Part shown: positions 9,553-19,265 of the stretch, one piece after another
Position numbering within the stretch: position 1 is the first letter of the stretch
Layout of the letters: the number at the start of each line of letters is the position of its first letter
Origin: a bacterium
GTDB taxonomy: Bacteria; Chloroflexota; Anaerolineae; Aggregatilineales; Phototrophicaceae
Length of the DNA: 64,000 nucleotides
NCBI GenBank assembly: GCA_033764035.1
Contig: JANRJJ010000026.1
Location: 46,840 to 110,839 of the forward strand
Direction: 5' to 3'
Translations under genes and position numbers: made by a program
The notes under the pieces: generated by a model
Told to the model about the DNA's origin: nothing
The model's database searches: none
What the model saw: the letters and a program-made list of their open reading frames with translations, nothing else

Positions 9553-11169
9553 ATGCAGCAAAATTCAGCGAGACGAGCAAGCATCGCCCTGGGCGTGTTC
9601 ATGGTGATTGTACTGGTGGCGGGTGCGATCCTGCCGCTGTTCGGGTCGAACACCACCGTGACGACCCCGGCGGAACCGACCCAGGCTCCCCCAACGGCGA
9701 CTTTTCCGCCGCCGATCACCGATTTTTCAAATATTAGCCTTGATGCCGTTTACCTGCACCCCAGCGCCCTGTTCGCCGTCGCACAGCCCGCCGGGTGGGA
9801 CGATGCCGCCCCGAACCAGACTCTGACTCAGGCCGGGGTGAACATGGTCAACGGGACGGCGCTGAGCGTGGTCGATTATTCGGTCGAACGCCCGCCGACC
9901 CCGCTCACGCCGGAAGAACTCAGCGCCCGTTATACGGAAGATGTGCTGCGCCAAAGCTGGGCGAATTTCAGCAATTGGCGCGAAACCAACCGCCGCATGG
10001 AAGGCGAAAGCCTGCTGATCGATTTTGCCGTCACCTTCCAGGGGCAGCAGTACGTCGCCCGGCAGATTTCGCGCACCGATGGCACCTGGATTTACAACGC
10101 CCGTGTGCTTGCGCCCGAAAATGCGACCGCGCTCGTCACTTACCTCATGGATCAACTGCCGGGGTCGTTCGTGCCGTTCCAGCAGTTTGAAAACACCCCG
10201 TTCGACTGGAACAGCTATTTCGACCCCCAATTCAGCCATGTGATCCGCTTCCCAGCGGGCTGGCAGGTGGCCGATAGCGCCGCCGGTCGGCTGGCTTCGA
10301 TCACGGGGACGGACGGCGAATCGCTGCGCGTGAGCGGCGTTCCGGGGCAAACGGTAGCCGATGAAAGCGCCGCGCAGGCGTTCGTCGAAAGCGCCCGTGC
10401 GGGTGCAGAAGTGCTGAGCATTGAAGCGGTCACACGCGGGGACGTGAGCGGCTACGCAGTTGCGTATCAGTTCGCCAACATCGATGGTGAAGCGCAAAGC
10501 GGCCTGACCGTGCTGCTGAACGAACCCGATCTGCTGCACGTCGCGGACTTGTATTTTCCGGGGCGCGGAATCGACCTGAACACCTACCAGACGCTCCCCG
10601 AAGTGATCGCAGCAGAGGCAGCGACAGCGGCGGAATCCACCCCCGAAGTGGAAGCAACCGGCGAAGTCGCGGATGCATTCGGCGCGCTGGCGGACACGCT
10701 TGGGGCGGATGATGCGGCATCGCCGGACGATGTGTACATCACGTATGCCACCGTGATGGACACGTTCGGCCTGCTCCCGCGTCTGAACTGGTCAAGCGCG
10801 GTGCTGCCGCCGCCCACGCCAACCCCGCTGCCCACCCCCGCCCCGGTCAGCGAGACAACGGCTGAAGCGGAATCAACCGCTGACAGCGAGACGACGGCTG
10901 AAGGCACAGCAGAAGCGACCCCGGTAAGCGAAGCGACCCCGATAAGCGAAACGGCTCCGGTCAGCGAAACGACCCCGGTCAGCGAAACGACCCCGGTCAG
11001 CAGCGCGACGATAGCCCCGGAACCTGCACCCGCTGCGCCCGTTCAAGCGGATACGCCCGTCACGATCAATGTGCCTGTTCACACAGGTGCGCCCGTTGAA
11101 ACCAGCCTACCCGAACCCGAACCTGTTGAACCTGTCCAGCACACGTCGTCATCTGCGGAACCGGAATGA
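9553..11169 (+). CDS. Membrane-anchored or exported hypothetical protein with two similar periplasmic modules and a Pro/Thr/Glu-rich tail
   Basis: N-terminal TM (IALGVFMVIVLVAGAILPLF); FAVAQPAGW and HVIRFPAGW modules; low-complexity C-terminus. Confidence 0.7.
   Translation: MQQNSARRASIALGVFMVIVLVAGAILPLFGSNTTVTTPAEPTQAPPTATFPPPITDFSNISLDAVYLHPSALFAVAQPAGWDDAAPNQTLTQAGVNMVNGTALSVVDYSVERPPTPLTPEELSARYTEDVLRQSWANFSNWRETNRRMEGESLLIDFAVTFQGQQYVARQISRTDGTWIYNARVLAPENATALVTYLMDQLPGSFVPFQQFENTPFDWNSYFDPQFSHVIRFPAGWQVADSAAGRLASITGTDGESLRVSGVPGQTVADESAAQAFVESARAGAEVLSIEAVTRGDVSGYAVAYQFANIDGEAQSGLTVLLNEPDLLHVADLYFPGRGIDLNTYQTLPEVIAAEAATAAESTPEVEATGEVADAFGALADTLGADDAASPDDVYITYATVMDTFGLLPRLNWSSAVLPPPTPTPLPTPAPVSETTAEAESTADSETTAEGTAEATPVSEATPISETAPVSETTPVSETTPVSSATIAPEPAPAAPVQADTPVTINVPVHTGAPVETSLPEPEPVEPVQHTSSSAEPE
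10912..11001 (+). repeat. Coding 18-bp tandem repeat x5 (E[A/T][T/A]P[V/I]S)
   Basis: GAAGCGACCCCGGTAAGC, GAAGCGACCCCGATAAGC, GAAACGGCTCCGGTCAGC, GAAACGACCCCGGTCAGC x2. Confidence 0.9.
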
Positions 11170-11243
11170 CGCGATTAGCACCCAATTAGAAAGGAGGGGC
11201 GGTTTTTTCTGGCCGGGAACAGCCGGAAAACCCGCACAAGCGA

Positions 11244-11702
11244 ATGTCCGACGCGCAAAGCCAAAGCCAGCAAAGCCCCAATACCACCAGCAAGCCTATC
11301 GAGCCAAGCGAAGCGCACGTGCTGGTCGTGGAGGATAATGTCCCCAATTTCGTGCTGATCGCACGGATGTTAGCCTTCATGGGGGTTCAGCGCTGCGAAT
11401 GGAAAACGAGCGGCTGGCAGGTCGTTCAGTTTGCCGATACGCTGCCGCGAGTGGACTTGATTCTGATGGACATTCGCCTGCCTTATGAAGATGGCTACCA
11501 GGCGCTGCAAAAACTGCGCGCCAATTCCCGCCTGAAAGATACCGTCGTGTGCGCGGTGACGGCAGAAGCCAGCGAAGACCAGATGCGCCGCGCCAAAAAA
11601 GCCGGGTTCAACGGCTTTCTGGGCAAACCGCTTGATCCCGACCGTTTCCCTGCACAGATTCGCCGTCTGCTGCAAGGCGAAGAAGTATGGGAATGGAAAT
11701 AG
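11244..11702 (+). CDS. Single-domain response regulator (DivK/CheY-like receiver)
   Basis: VLVVEDN, DLILMDIRLP, AVTA, FLGKP; no output domain. Confidence 0.9.
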   Translation: MSDAQSQSQQSPNTTSKPIEPSEAHVLVVEDNVPNFVLIARMLAFMGVQRCEWKTSGWQVVQFADTLPRVDLILMDIRLPYEDGYQALQKLRANSRLKDTVVCAVTAEASEDQMRRAKKAGFNGFLGKPLDPDRFPAQIRRLLQGEEVWEWK

Positions 11703-11765
11703 CCGGGGGCGCTGCCGGATATTCAACGGTACCAACCCCCGGTCAACCCGCATAAAAGGGCATGG

Positions 11766-14081
11766 ATGATGATGAGCGACTCCGCAGGAACTGAACGCAG
11801 CCGGGAAAGTCTCGAAATCCTGTCCCTGGCACAGGCGCAGTACCAGGCTGCCGGGACGATCTACGGGTCGAACAACCCGGCGGAAATTCTGGACGCGCTG
11901 GTCAGCTTTGTCGAAACGGTCTATGAAGAAGCCGAACTGGGGTTGATTGACCCCGAAACCGACCCGCCGATCCTCTCGATCCTGGCCGAATACACCGACG
12001 GGCGCGTCACCCGTTCCCGTAAACGAGTGCGCCTGGACGAATACCCCGCCTACGACACCTACAGCGCGATTGAAGTGCTGAACATCAGCAACGTCGAAAC
12101 CGACCCGTTCATCACGCCGGAAGAACGCGATGGCCTGCGGGCGCTGAACGTGGCATCGCTGCTGGTCGTGCCGCTCGTCGTCACCCAACGGTTGATCGGC
12201 GTGCTGCGCTTCACCAGCGCCCAGCCCGTCAACCTGGGGCCTTCGCGCTTGCGGGCGCTGCGCAACCTGGTCGATCAGGCCGCGGTGGTGTTCGAAAATC
12301 AATCGCTGCTGCGCGATACCGAAATGACGCTTCAGGAAGTGCGGGCGCTGTACGATGTCAACCAGGCGATGCTGGCCGCCGTCGATACGATGGACATTCT
12401 GCGCGTGCTGCGGCAGAAACTCGCGCCGGATGCCGATACCATCCTGCATGTGGTCGCGGTCGATGCGCCAGCCGTACCGACCGATGCTGATGCAGCGCCG
12501 ATGCGGTTTCTGCTGCGGCAGATCACCACGCGCGGCTACGAAAGCGACGTGCAGCAGCCGATTTCCCTGAACGCCAGCGGCCAGCCCTTCGACTCTGACG
12601 GCAGTACCGCGACGAACATCACGCTGGTGGATGATGCCGGGCGCGTGACCGCGCAGACGCGCCACCCCCTGCATGAAACGCTCGTCGCCTACGGCATTGC
12701 CAGCTATGCCGTGATGAACATCCGCGAACGCGGGGCAATTCAGGATTACATCGCCATCACCTTCAAAAATCCGTTCACGTTCGATTCTCGCACCGCCCGC
12801 CTGTACGCCGCCGTCGCTGACCAGACCGCCATCGTGCTGCAAAACCAACGGCTGCTGGGCGAAGCGCAGATGAGCGCCGCGCAAGCGAACAACCAGCTTC
12901 GCACGCTGCAAATTCTGAACAACCTGTCCACGTCGATTGCGGCCATCAAGGCGGAAGATGAACTGCTCAACCGCGGTCTGCGCCTGGTCATCGAAACGCT
13001 CGGCGCGGATCACGGCGGGCTGATGCTGATGGACCCGGCCTTCAGCGTAGGGACGGTGGTCGCGGAATACCCGGCATTGGGGACGTTGGGACAGGAAATT
13101 CCGGTCGCCACCAACCCGATGGCGCAGATGATGCGCGAAGACCCGTACCGGTCGCTGGTGCTGGCGGATGTCGAAACCGATTCGCGCATCCCTGAACAAC
13201 TGCGGCAGTTTCTCGTCAACCATGCGGGCATTCGCGGCATGGTGATCCTGCCGCTGCAAGCGACCGATACGCTGATCGGCTCGATTGGCCTGGACATGTA
13301 CGAAAAAGGCCGCACCTTCACCGACGATCAGTTGCAGACCGCCATCACGATGGCGGCACAGATTGCGATTGCGCTGCAAAATGTGCGCCTGCTCAACGAC
13401 TCCAACCGCCGCGCCGCACAGCTTCAGCGCGTGGCGGAATTCGGCCAGTCGTTACAAGCATCGCTTCAGCAGGAAGAGATTCTCGACCTGATGGCGGGCT
13501 TCACCATGCAGATGCTCGCGGTCGATACCCTGGTGATCGGCCTGTACGACCCATTGCGCGGGGCGCTGCGCATCGTCACGCAGCGGCGTTCAGCCAGCGA
13601 TACCCAGCCGATCAGCAGCACCATCCCGCTGAGCGGCACGCTGCCAGGCCGCGCCTGGGATACGGGTCAAACGGTGGTGGTGGGGGATTTGCTCAATGAA
13701 CGCGGGCTGCCCGCGCTGCCGCATTCGCCGCTGAACACGCGCTCAGCGCTGATCGTCCCGATCATGAGCCGCAGCCAGCCAACCGGGTTGGTGATCGCCA
13801 CCTCCAGCCAGGCAAATGTTTACAACCCGACCGATGTCGCCATTTTCGAGCAGATGGTCACGCAGTTGAACGTCGCGCTGGAAAATTCGCAGGCGTTTCG
13901 CAAAAGCCAGCAGACCGCGCAGTATGAAGCGCTGATCAACGTGATTTCCGCACAGCTTCAGCAGTACACGGCATTAGATGATATGCTGCAAGTGACGCTG
14001 CGCGAACTGGGCAAAGCGCTTGGCGCACGCCGCGCCCGCGCCCGTTTTTCGACTCCGTCGCCATCGTCCGTCAGCGAGTGA
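11766..14081 (+). CDS. Cytoplasmic multi-GAF protein (4 GAF domains, no output domain)
   Basis: Four GAF-terminal helices (FENQSL, LQNQRL, LQNVRL, LENSQA), each preceded by P-x-x-x-G strands; no TM, HisKA or GGDEF motif. Confidence 0.82.
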   Translation: MMMSDSAGTERSRESLEILSLAQAQYQAAGTIYGSNNPAEILDALVSFVETVYEEAELGLIDPETDPPILSILAEYTDGRVTRSRKRVRLDEYPAYDTYSAIEVLNISNVETDPFITPEERDGLRALNVASLLVVPLVVTQRLIGVLRFTSAQPVNLGPSRLRALRNLVDQAAVVFENQSLLRDTEMTLQEVRALYDVNQAMLAAVDTMDILRVLRQKLAPDADTILHVVAVDAPAVPTDADAAPMRFLLRQITTRGYESDVQQPISLNASGQPFDSDGSTATNITLVDDAGRVTAQTRHPLHETLVAYGIASYAVMNIRERGAIQDYIAITFKNPFTFDSRTARLYAAVADQTAIVLQNQRLLGEAQMSAAQANNQLRTLQILNNLSTSIAAIKAEDELLNRGLRLVIETLGADHGGLMLMDPAFSVGTVVAEYPALGTLGQEIPVATNPMAQMMREDPYRSLVLADVETDSRIPEQLRQFLVNHAGIRGMVILPLQATDTLIGSIGLDMYEKGRTFTDDQLQTAITMAAQIAIALQNVRLLNDSNRRAAQLQRVAEFGQSLQASLQQEEILDLMAGFTMQMLAVDTLVIGLYDPLRGALRIVTQRRSASDTQPISSTIPLSGTLPGRAWDTGQTVVVGDLLNERGLPALPHSPLNTRSALIVPIMSRSQPTGLVIATSSQANVYNPTDVAIFEQMVTQLNVALENSQAFRKSQQTAQYEALINVISAQLQQYTALDDMLQVTLRELGKALGARRARARFSTPSPSSVSE

Positions 14082-14092
14082 GGGTTTACGCG

Positions 14093-15796
14093 ATGACTGC
14101 CCTGCTCAAGTGGTTGTTCAACATCGAACAGTACCCAGAACGTGCCGACCAGGATATGGCTCGCCTGACCTACGGCGTGACCTTCGTGCTGATCGTGTTC
14201 ATGCTGTTCATCAATTTCCTGGTGCCGTTCCTGGACGACGGTGGGTCGATTGCGTCGTTGTTCGGTACGTCGTTGTTCATCACCGTTTCCATGATTCTGA
14301 TGGTGGTGCTGGGCATTGGCACACTGGCCGCGGTGCGCACAGGCCGCCTGGATTTAGCCCGGTGGGGCGTGCCGCTGCTGTTCGTGGGCAGCCCGCTCTT
14401 TCAAAGCATCGGCACGGGCATTACCGGGACGGACGACGGCACACTGCTGGTCTTGTGCATCCTGGTCTTTGCGGTCTTTCAGCGCGAACGCGGCACGCTG
14501 ATCGGCTTCGTCGTGGCGATAGGTGCGCTGCTGCTGGGCAACTGGCGGCTGACAACCACCGACCCAACGCTGATCGACAGCCTGCCGAACCAGATTGCGC
14601 TGACGGTACAGCTTGTGGGCGTAGCGATGCTCATGTTCCTGTTCCTGCGCAACAACCGCATCGACGAAATGCAGCGCGTCAGTGCCGCCAGCGAAGAACG
14701 CCTGAAGCTGGCCGAGCTTACTCGTCAGATCGCCGGGAGCGTGTTACGCCGCACCGAACTGCAAGCGACTCTGACGACAGCCATCGAAGAAATTCGCACG
14801 CAGTACCCGCGTGCCTATCACGTCCAGATTTTTTTGGTCGATGAAGCGCGCCGCAACGCGAAACTGGCTGCCAGCACGGGCGAAATCGGCCAGATGCTTC
14901 TGGGACGCGGCCACAGCCTGACCGTCGGCAGCGTGAGCGTGATCGGCCAGGTGACGGCGAAAAACGAGATCGTGGTCGCCCGTTCCGGTTCGACGGCGAC
15001 GGTTCACAAGCGCAACGAATTTCTGCCGGAAACCGTCGTCGAAGCGGCGTTCCCGCTGCGCAGCGGGACGACCGTAATCGGCGCGCTGGATATGCAGAGC
15101 AAACAGGCCAATGCATTCCCGGACGACGAACTGCCGATCTTCCAGGCGCTGGCCGACAACATCGCCATCGCCATTGACAACGCCCTGCTGCTGGAACAAG
15201 CGGAAGTGCGCGTCGCGGAAAACAAACGCCTGGCCGAACAATCCGCCCAGGCGCTGCGCGAAGTCGAACGCCTGAACAGCCAGCTCACCGCCGATTCATG
15301 GCGCGACTACCTGGCCACCCAGGGCGCGGGCGGGGTGACCATCGATTTCGACAAGTATGAAACCACCACCCGCAGCGCCGATTTCACGCCCACGCTTTCT
15401 GAAGCGCTCCGTTTCAGCCATGTGGTGCAGCGTGAAACCGACGATGGGTTGATCATCGCCGCCCCGGTGCTGGTGCGCGGCCAGGTGATCGGCGCGCTGG
15501 AACTGGAACTGGAAGGCAAAGACCCGGTCGATCCCCAGGTGCTTGACCTGATCGAAACCGTGTGCGAACGGCTTGGCCTTTCGGCGGAAAGCGCCCGTCT
15601 GTATGAAGAAAGCCGCCGCGCCGCCCACCGCGAAGCCACGCTGAACGAGATCGCCAGGCAGATGCAGGCGACCAACTCGATCAACACGATCATGGCCGAA
15701 GCTGCACGCGGGATTCAAAGATCGTTCGGCGCGGAGCGCGTCGCCATTCGTCTGGGGCCGCCGCCTTCCGCGACGAACGGAACCCGGAAGGAGTAA
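14093..15796 (+). CDS. Membrane protein with about 6 TM helices, GAF and reduced GAF, no output domain
   Basis: Hydrophobic N-terminal 200 aa; YHVQIFLVD..ASTGE..SVIGQVT..GALDMQS; alternative GTG start at 14078 overlaps the upstream stop. Confidence 0.82.
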   Translation: MTALLKWLFNIEQYPERADQDMARLTYGVTFVLIVFMLFINFLVPFLDDGGSIASLFGTSLFITVSMILMVVLGIGTLAAVRTGRLDLARWGVPLLFVGSPLFQSIGTGITGTDDGTLLVLCILVFAVFQRERGTLIGFVVAIGALLLGNWRLTTTDPTLIDSLPNQIALTVQLVGVAMLMFLFLRNNRIDEMQRVSAASEERLKLAELTRQIAGSVLRRTELQATLTTAIEEIRTQYPRAYHVQIFLVDEARRNAKLAASTGEIGQMLLGRGHSLTVGSVSVIGQVTAKNEIVVARSGSTATVHKRNEFLPETVVEAAFPLRSGTTVIGALDMQSKQANAFPDDELPIFQALADNIAIAIDNALLLEQAEVRVAENKRLAEQSAQALREVERLNSQLTADSWRDYLATQGAGGVTIDFDKYETTTRSADFTPTLSEALRFSHVVQRETDDGLIIAAPVLVRGQVIGALELELEGKDPVDPQVLDLIETVCERLGLSAESARLYEESRRAAHREATLNEIARQMQATNSINTIMAEAARGIQRSFGAERVAIRLGPPPSATNGTRKE

Positions 15797-15800
15797 GCCC

Positions 15801-17459
15801 ATGAGCGCCCGTTTTTCCAGCATTTCATCGCTCGCACCCACGTTGGGCGACCTGCAAAAGCTGCGCACGCGCTTCATACAGGCGTTCAGCGCTATGCTGA
15901 CCGTTGCCTCCCTGCTGCTCTCGGTCGTGCTGTTCGCGCTGCCCGCGCTCGATACCGCCCAGCCCATCGGCCTGAATACCCGCGTGTATACCCTGGCGAT
16001 TGGGGCCGTCAGCACGGTTCTGTTGGTGCTGTCGCTGCGCGGCTATTCCCTGTTCGCGGCCATCGGCCTGATTGCGGCGCTGACGGGGATCGCGCTGGCC
16101 GCCCCGCCAGATACGCCCGCGCTGGGGCTGCTGGCGCTGATTGCGGCGGCGGCGCTGTGCAGCCGCCCGGTGTTCATCGCCCTTGCGCTGGTGATTGCCG
16201 GAAAAATGGCGCTCGAAATTGCGCAGTTGATCGCCGCGACCGAAACCCTGTCGTTCGAGCTGGTGCGGTTCATCCTCACCCGGCTGCTGCTGCTGGTCAT
16301 CCCGCTGATCATCCGCTACGTGTTCGAAGTGACCGAACGCAGCCTGGCCGAAGCGCAGCGCACATCGATTGTGCTGCGCACCAGCGCGGAAATTGGCGCG
16401 GCCAGCACCCAGCTGACCGACCTGAAAACCCTGTTCGACCGCGTGATCGACCTGGTGCAGGAACGGTTCAACTTCTACCATGTGCAGGTGTTCGTGATCA
16501 ACGAAACGGGCGACCAGGCCGTGCTGCAAGCCAGCACGGGCGAAATTGGGCGGCGGCTGCTGGCACGCAGTCATCAGCTCGCCGTCGGGTCGCAGAGCGT
16601 GATCGGCCAGGTCACGCTGCGCGGGGAACCGGTCGTCGCGCTCGATACCGACCGCGATGAAGTCCATTTTCGCAATGAACTGCTGCTGAACACCCGTTCC
16701 GAACTGGCCGTGCCAATCCGCGATGGGGCGGTGGTGGTGGGCGCGCTGGACGTGCAAAGCATCGAGCCGAATGCCTTCGACCGCACCGACGTGGAAGCGC
16801 TTCAGGTGATCGCAGACTTTTTGGGGACGGCGTTGCGCAATGCGGCGGTGTACGATGAACAGGCGCGGGTGGTGCAGCAGAATCAAGCGCTGCTGCGCGA
16901 AGCGGAGGAAAACATCCGGCTGATTCAGCGGTTGAACCGCGAACTGACCCGCGCATCGTGGGAATCGTTCAGCCAATCGGATGCATCGCCGTTGGGCATT
17001 CAGGCCAAAGGCGGCCAGGTGGTCGCCAACCCGCACTGGACGGACGCGCAAAAGACCGCCGGGGAAGAACGCCGCACGGTCACCCAGCAGGACGGGGAAA
17101 AATCGCTCGTCGCGGTGCCGCTCATGCTGCGTGGAGAGGTGATCGGCGCGCTGGAAGTGGAGAACACCGGGCAGGCCGACACCACGACCGTCGCCATGCT
17201 GGAAGATGTCGCGCAGCGCTTGGCGATCAGCCTGGAAAATGCCCGCCTGTATGAAGACTCGCGGGATGCCACCGCCCAGGAACAGTTCATCAACACGCTG
17301 GCGGCGCGCTATCAATCGGTCACATCGGTGGATGAACTGCTGCGGATGACGCTGGTCGAACTGAGCGAGACGCTCGGCGCGACGCGCGGGTCGATCCGGC
17401 TGGGCAAACTCGAACTGGCGAATGACGCGCCAGTCAGGAACGGAGCAGCCGAAACATGA
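15801..17459 (+). CDS. Membrane protein with TM bundle, GAF and reduced GAF, no output domain
   Basis: TM helices followed by FYHVQVF..ASTGE..TRSELAVP..GALDVQS. Confidence 0.82.
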   Translation: MSARFSSISSLAPTLGDLQKLRTRFIQAFSAMLTVASLLLSVVLFALPALDTAQPIGLNTRVYTLAIGAVSTVLLVLSLRGYSLFAAIGLIAALTGIALAAPPDTPALGLLALIAAAALCSRPVFIALALVIAGKMALEIAQLIAATETLSFELVRFILTRLLLLVIPLIIRYVFEVTERSLAEAQRTSIVLRTSAEIGAASTQLTDLKTLFDRVIDLVQERFNFYHVQVFVINETGDQAVLQASTGEIGRRLLARSHQLAVGSQSVIGQVTLRGEPVVALDTDRDEVHFRNELLLNTRSELAVPIRDGAVVVGALDVQSIEPNAFDRTDVEALQVIADFLGTALRNAAVYDEQARVVQQNQALLREAEENIRLIQRLNRELTRASWESFSQSDASPLGIQAKGGQVVANPHWTDAQKTAGEERRTVTQQDGEKSLVAVPLMLRGEVIGALEVENTGQADTTTVAMLEDVAQRLAISLENARLYEDSRDATAQEQFINTLAARYQSVTSVDELLRMTLVELSETLGATRGSIRLGKLELANDAPVRNGAAET

Positions 17460-19249
17460 TCGGTGAAGTGCGCATCCCTTTGCTGCAACTGAATTACCCG
17501 TATGGCGACCCGCTGATCCGCCAGCGCGCCCAGGCGCTGCTGTACATGATCGCGATTGTCGCGCTTGGATGGGCAATTCTGCTGGTCATCACGCTTTCCC
17601 AGGTCGCGGACGAGATTTACGAGCCGGGGTTCATCATCCCGACGATTGTCGCGCCGATCAGCTATGTGTTCATCTATCGCCTGGTGCAAACCGGGCAGGC
17701 GCAGTTGGCATCGCTGCTGTTCGTCAGCCTGATGCTGATCGGCACTGCGCCCGTCGCCATCATCAGCCCGGAATTGTTCCTCAGCTTCCTGCTGATCATT
17801 CCGCTGGTGGCGGCGGGGGCGCTGTTCAACCGCCTGGGCTTTCTGGTGGTGCTGGCGGTCATCCTGGTGGCGCTGCTCACACGGGCGTTCGTGCTGCTCA
17901 ACGTCGATACCGTCATCCGCTATATCCCATCCGTCAACGGCGCGGGCGAAATTGCCCTGGCCGGGCTGGTGATCGTGATCGCGGCGGTGTTCCTGTTCGG
18001 CTTCACGGGCGGCACCGAACGCATCGCGCAGAGTTCGCTCAACGACCTGCACCACTGGGAGCTTTTCGCCCGCCTGAACCTGCGCGGCGAAACCGACCCG
18101 GATCGCATCGCACAGCGCTTGATCGACTTGCTTCAGGCCGAACTCGATTACAACCTGGTGCAGATTTATTTTGCCGACGAAACCGGCAGCATCACCCGGC
18201 GGGTGCGCAGCGGCGGCGCGGTGGATCGCCAGTTCAGGGTGCGCATCGACGAACTGCCGACGATTGGCGAAGTCGCCCGCGAAAAGCGGCTGCGCGTGTT
18301 CCGGCGCGATTCCTCCACGCTGCGCGAATACCCGCTGGCTCCATCCCGCATCGGCATCGCCCTGCCCATCCTGTACAACGGAATCGTGCTGGGCATCCTG
18401 GATGTGCAAACGCGCCGCGCCGATGCGCCGTCGGAAAACCAGATCAACGCGCTGAGCGCGCTGGCCGATGCGCTGGCCGAACTGCTGATCAATGCGCGCC
18501 GCCAGACCGAACTGCAAAAGACCGTAGCCGATCAGGAAGGCGTGATCGCCACCTTCCGCACCCGGCTGACCGAACTGCAACAGCGCGGCGCACAGCTCGT
18601 CGGCGGGAACTGGATGCGCTACCTGGAAGGGCGCGGCGGCCAGGCGTTCGGCTTCGATGTCGCGGACCACACCCCGGGTGGCACCGACGGCGACTTTGGC
18701 AGAGGCGACCGCACCCCGGAAGGCAAAGCCGTCCCCCGCCCCGCCCATGACCTGCCGCCCGCCATTCGTGAGGTGCTTCAGCGCGGCGACCTGTTCATCG
18801 AACCGGGCGCGGACGGGACATCGGTCGTGCATGTGCCGATTCTGCTGCGCGAAGAAGTGTTGGGCGGCATGATGTTCACGCTGCCGCCGGAACGCCCGCT
18901 GACCGACCGCCAGATTGAAGCGCTGCGGGCGATCTCTAACCGTCTGGGGCAGTCGCTCGAAAACAACCGTCTGTTTGAACAATCCCAGGCCCAGGCGCAG
19001 CGCGAACGTAAAGCCAGCGAGATCAGCGCCCGCCTGCTGAGCGCGACGACGATTGAGAACCTGCTCGATTTGGCGGTGATGAATTTCAACGACGCGCTCG
19101 GCGCAATTTCGACACGGGTCTATATTCAGCCGGATTTCGTCCAGCCGGATACCTTCCGCCCAGACGCACCCGACCCCGCGCACCCACCCACCCGCAGCGG
19201 GAACGGGAACGGAAATGGTGCTGCATCGCACGGCGCGAACGGCGCATGA
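17456..19249 (+). CDS. Membrane protein with TM bundle, divergent GAF and reduced GAF, no output domain
   Basis: ATGA overlap with previous gene; TM helices; IALPILYNGIVLGILDVQT; VPILLREEVLG..LENNRL. Confidence 0.8.
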   Translation: MIGEVRIPLLQLNYPYGDPLIRQRAQALLYMIAIVALGWAILLVITLSQVADEIYEPGFIIPTIVAPISYVFIYRLVQTGQAQLASLLFVSLMLIGTAPVAIISPELFLSFLLIIPLVAAGALFNRLGFLVVLAVILVALLTRAFVLLNVDTVIRYIPSVNGAGEIALAGLVIVIAAVFLFGFTGGTERIAQSSLNDLHHWELFARLNLRGETDPDRIAQRLIDLLQAELDYNLVQIYFADETGSITRRVRSGGAVDRQFRVRIDELPTIGEVAREKRLRVFRRDSSTLREYPLAPSRIGIALPILYNGIVLGILDVQTRRADAPSENQINALSALADALAELLINARRQTELQKTVADQEGVIATFRTRLTELQQRGAQLVGGNWMRYLEGRGGQAFGFDVADHTPGGTDGDFGRGDRTPEGKAVPRPAHDLPPAIREVLQRGDLFIEPGADGTSVVHVPILLREEVLGGMMFTLPPERPLTDRQIEALRAISNRLGQSLENNRLFEQSQAQAQRERKASEISARLLSATTIENLLDLAVMNFNDALGAISTRVYIQPDFVQPDTFRPDAPDPAHPPTRSGNGNGNGAASHGANGA

Positions 19250-19265
19250 ACGGAGTTAGCCAACC

